DNA of 64,000 nucleotides from Malacoraja senta (taxonomy: Eukaryota): positions 4,030,001-4,094,000 of the forward strand of contig CM075991.1 in the NCBI GenBank assembly GCA_038087875.1, read 5' to 3'. The position numbers and the translations under genes are program-made. Position 1 is the stretch's first letter. Each line of letters begins with the position of its first letter. Shown piece by piece: positions 60,401 through 64,000 of this stretch. The notes beneath the pieces are model-generated. The model was not told the DNA's origin. It ran no database searches and saw nothing but the letters and a program-made list of their open reading frames with translations.

Positions 60401-62502
60401 ATCCTACACACACTAGGTACAATTTTTACATTTACCAAGCCAATTAACCTACAAACCTGTAGGTCTTTGGAGTGTGGGAAGAAACCGGAGATCTCGGAGA
60501 AAACCCACGCAGGTCACGGGGAGAACGTACATATTCCATACAGACAACACCCGTAGTCGGGATCGAACCCGTGTCTCTGGTGCTGCAAGAGCTGTAAGGC
60601 AGCAACTTAGTTTAGTTTAGTTTAGAGATACAGCGTGGAAACAGGCCCTTCGGCCCACCGGGTCTGCGCCGACCAGCAATCACCACACACTGACACCATC
60701 CTGCACACACTAGGAACAATTAACACTTTAAACACGCCAATTAACCTTCAAACCTGTACGTTATTGGAGCGTGGGAGGAAATCGAAGATCTCACGTAGGA
60801 CACGGGGAGAATGTACAAACTCCATACAGACAACACCCGTAGTCGGGATCGGACCCGGGTCTCCAGCGCTGTAAGCACTGTAAGGCAGCAACTCTACCGT
60901 TGCACCACCATGCTACCCTATCTGTAGGGCCCAGTGTTGCTCATCTATAGATGTTTTTTGCCAATGTGTCGTAGAGCCATAGTCATATAGCATGGAAAAA
61001 GGCCCTTCCGTCTAACTTGCCCACGCCAACCAACAGGCCTCAACCACCCTTGTCCCACCTGCCTGCGTTTGGCCCATAGCCTTTAGACCTTAGAGCATGC
61101 AACAAGCCCTTCAGCACACCGAGTCCACGTGGACCAGCGATCACCCCATGCACTAACTAACACACACTGGGGACAATTTTACAACTTTACAACTTTAAAT
61201 TCACAACAAGCCAATTTATTCTACAAACCTGCGCGTCTTTGGAGTGTGGGAGGCAACCGGAGCACCCGGAGAAAACCCACGCGGTCACAGAGAGAACGTA
61301 CAAACTCCGTACAGACAGCACCCGTAGTCAGGACCGAACCCCAGTCAATGGCGCTGTAAGGCAGCAACTCTACCATTCCCGCCACAAAGAAAGCCTTTGC
61401 AACCTTTCCTATCCATGTACCTGTCCAAGTGTCCATTAAGTGTGACAGTACCTGCTCCAACTACCTCCTTTGGCAGCTCATTCCATATACTCATCCTCCC
61501 TTCGTATGAAAGAGTTTCTCTTCAGTATCCTATTACATTTTTTCCCTCTCACCTTAAACATAAGTCCTCTTGTTCTTGATTCCACTATTCTGGGTAAAAG
61601 TTTATGTGCATTTACCCTATCTATTCCCCTTAGTCGGTGAGTCATTTTGCTTGATCCATTGGCAAAGATATTCCCTACCGTGTCTTTGGATAGGAATCTC
61701 CAGTGTCAAACGTTAAATGCAGGAAACTCCCTGCAAGGTCAGGCAGCATCTTTGGAAAGTGAAACAAGGTTAATGTGTCTGCCTGAAAATCCTTTGTGAT
61801 AATTGATGATTTAACCTTCTGGAATTCAGTTTAAAATGAAACAATTATTAACTCCGGGAGCTCCCTTGTAGTTCCTCAAGTTGAGATGACTTGTGTCTAC
61901 TTTGGGTGGTTCAGTGATGCAGCGGGTAGAACTGCCACCTCACAGTGCCAAAGACCAGGGTTCGATCCTGACTACAGGTGCTGTCTGTACGGAGTTTCCA
62001 TGTTCTCCCTGTGACTGTGTGGGGGTTTCTCCGGGTGCTCTGGTTTCCTCCCACATCCCAAAGATGCGCAGGTTTGTAGGTTAATTGGCTTCTGTACATT
62101 GTCCCTAGTGTGAAGGATAGAACTAGTGTATGAGGTGATTGCTGGTCGGCGCGGACACAATGGGCCGAAGGGCCTGTTTCCACGCTATGTCCATAACTGG
62201 TGCATAACTATGCTATCCCAAAGTGGGTGATTCGCCCCACTGTGATGACTGTCCTTTCTAATTCCTATACCTGAGTTTTTGTCATTTTGTCGAACATTAA
62301 ACAGTACGGAAAAAAAGAGACAAAATGCTGGAGTAACAGTTCAGGAAACATCTCTGGAGAACATGGATAGATCGGTGATGTTTCGTGTCGGGACCCTTCT
62401 TCTGTCTGAATCAAACAATTGTTCTGAAGAAGGGTCTCGACCCAAAGCATCACCTATTAATGTGTAGGAAGGAACTGCAGATGCTGGTTTATACTGAAGA
62501 TA

Positions 62503-63388
62503 TAAACCGGTGGGCAGCGCGACTCTCGTCAGCAGCGGCCTCTGCAATCCCTGTCTTTTTATTATTTTTGTCTCGTTTTTATGTAGTTTTTATTTATTTT
62601 TTTGTCGGGGTATGCGTGTGGGGGGGGGGGTGGGGGTGGGGGTGGGGGGGGGGGAACTTTAAAATCTTTCCCCTGCACGGGAGACCTGACCTTTTCTTTG
62701 TCGGGTCTCCGTTGTCGTTGGGGCTGGGCAACGTGGAGCGGCCTCCAGCAGGAACGACCTGGGGCTCCAGTTGCGGAGCTGCGGACTACTCACCGTCACG
62801 GGGCTGGCCGAGTCCGGAGCGGGTGGAGCTGTGGTGGAAACAATTGCTGCTGCGACCCGACCCCCGGAGATTCGGAGGCTACAACCGCGGGTCTGGCGGA
62901 CGGCAACACCGGAAGCCCGCGGGTCCCTGGGGGGAGACCGCTTTTCGGGGCTTCCGCAGCGGCGACTTCTCCCGCCCGAGTTGCGGGGTTGAAGAGCACC
63001 TGGAGCGGGGCTTTACATCGTCGCCCCGCGCGGCTTGGAATGGCCGCGGTCCTTTGCGAGCGCGCGCCGGGGCTCTAACACCAAGACCCGGTGCGCAACC
63101 TTGCATTACCCGGCGTGGCTTTAATGGCCGCGGGATAATCACCATCGCCCGCCGGGGGCTTTGACTTTGACTCTGACATCGGGGGGGGGGGAGTGCAGTG
63201 GAGAGATATGTGTTTTTTGCCTTCCATCACAGCGCTGTGATGGATGTATGTGTAAATTGTGTTGTGTCTCGGGTCTTCTTCGTTTTGTAATGTATGGCTG
63301 CAGAAACGATATTTAGTTTGGACCTCAAGGGGTCCAAATGACAAATTTGTCCAAATGACAAATAAATAATAATTGAATTGAATTGAAT
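62503..63388 (+). mobile_element. ~890-bp GC-rich non-coding retroposon with Rex/Babar-type tail
   Basis: 8-bp TSD tgaagata (62495-62502, 63389-63396); tail tttggacctc..ggggtccaaatgacaaataaa(ttgaa)n. Confidence 0.8.
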
Positions 63389-63628
63389 TGAAGATAGACA
63401 CAAAGTGCTGGAGTAACTCAGCGGGACAGGCAGCATCTGTGGAGAGAATGGATGGGTGACCTTTCGGTTTGGACCTCTTCTTCAGACCTTTATCCAGACA
63501 GACTGAATAGAGGTTCCGACCCAAAACGTTACCCATCCTTTTTCTCCAGAGATGCTGCCTGACTTGCTGAGTTACTCTAGCATTTTGTGCCTTTCCTTGA
63601 TAAACCAGCACCTGCAGATCCTTGTTTC
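63389..63628. mobile_element. palindromic PLE-terminus derivative (left end at 62461-62502, split off by the insertion above)
   Basis: inverted arms with spacer tttatccagac. Confidence 0.85.
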
Positions 63629-64000
63629 AACAGCAGTGCATGGGAACAGGCCCCTCTGCCCAAAATGTCCATGTCACATGTGATGCCGTCATTTTTAAAA
63701 GACCAATGGTACTGAACAGAATTATCTCATTCTTGTCAGAACATCCCTAAGTTAAACAATCATAGAAAATGACAAAAAGCATCTACTTCCCCCACTGGTC
63801 AGGACATTTTGATTTTGCCCGCTGTTGACATGAATCGTACGCTTACAGTCCAGCAGTTGAGAAATGTAAAGAAAGATGTATTAAGTCCAGAATTATCTTG
63901 TCAGGAGGTTAGTGGCCCAGAATAATCGGAAAAGAGCAAAAAACAAAGTGCAGGAGGAACTCAGCAGGCCAAGCAGCTTCTGTGGAGATGCTGCCTGATT

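Noticed and set aside
62385..63164. 259-aa ORF and overlapping GC-rich ORFs (also 59596-60242)
   Set aside because: Stop-poor because of high GC content, cross element boundaries, and show no domain motifs

Overview
Eukaryotic, repeat-saturated DNA, most likely intronic or intergenic. The repeat repertoire (HE1-type V-SINEs, CR1 LINEs, Penelope-like elements, Rex/Babar LINEs, Deu-domain SINE relics) points to a cartilaginous fish, probably a skate or ray; this is inference from the repeat families only. I recognise no host protein-coding gene, and every long ORF derives from a transposable element. Main contents: (1) a young 3.5-kb CR1 LINE (~30158-33672, -) with the end of an SGNH-esterase ORF1 and an APE+RT ORF2 broken by one homopolymer frameshift; (2) a second CR1 subfamily RT fragment with 525 open codons (41248-42825); (3) a full-length DD34E Tc1 transposon (43259-45821, TA TSD, ~210-bp IR/DR TIRs) inserted in a V-SINE and itself interrupted by a CR1 3' fragment, which gives a chimeric transposase-RT ORF; (4) Penelope-like elements (RT + GIY-YIG) whose 3' ends carry minimal hammerhead-ribozyme motifs, plus many short, often palindromic derivatives, two of which share the same inversion junction; (5) two Harbinger-like MITEs; (6) ~1-kb GC-rich non-coding elements with L2-type or Rex-type tails; (7) about 30 V-SINE copies and microsatellites. 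A few unique stretches show promoter-like or exon-like signals at low confidence. There are no rRNA genes, true tRNA genes or CRISPR arrays. Coordinates were read by eye, and the edges of old repeats are approximate.
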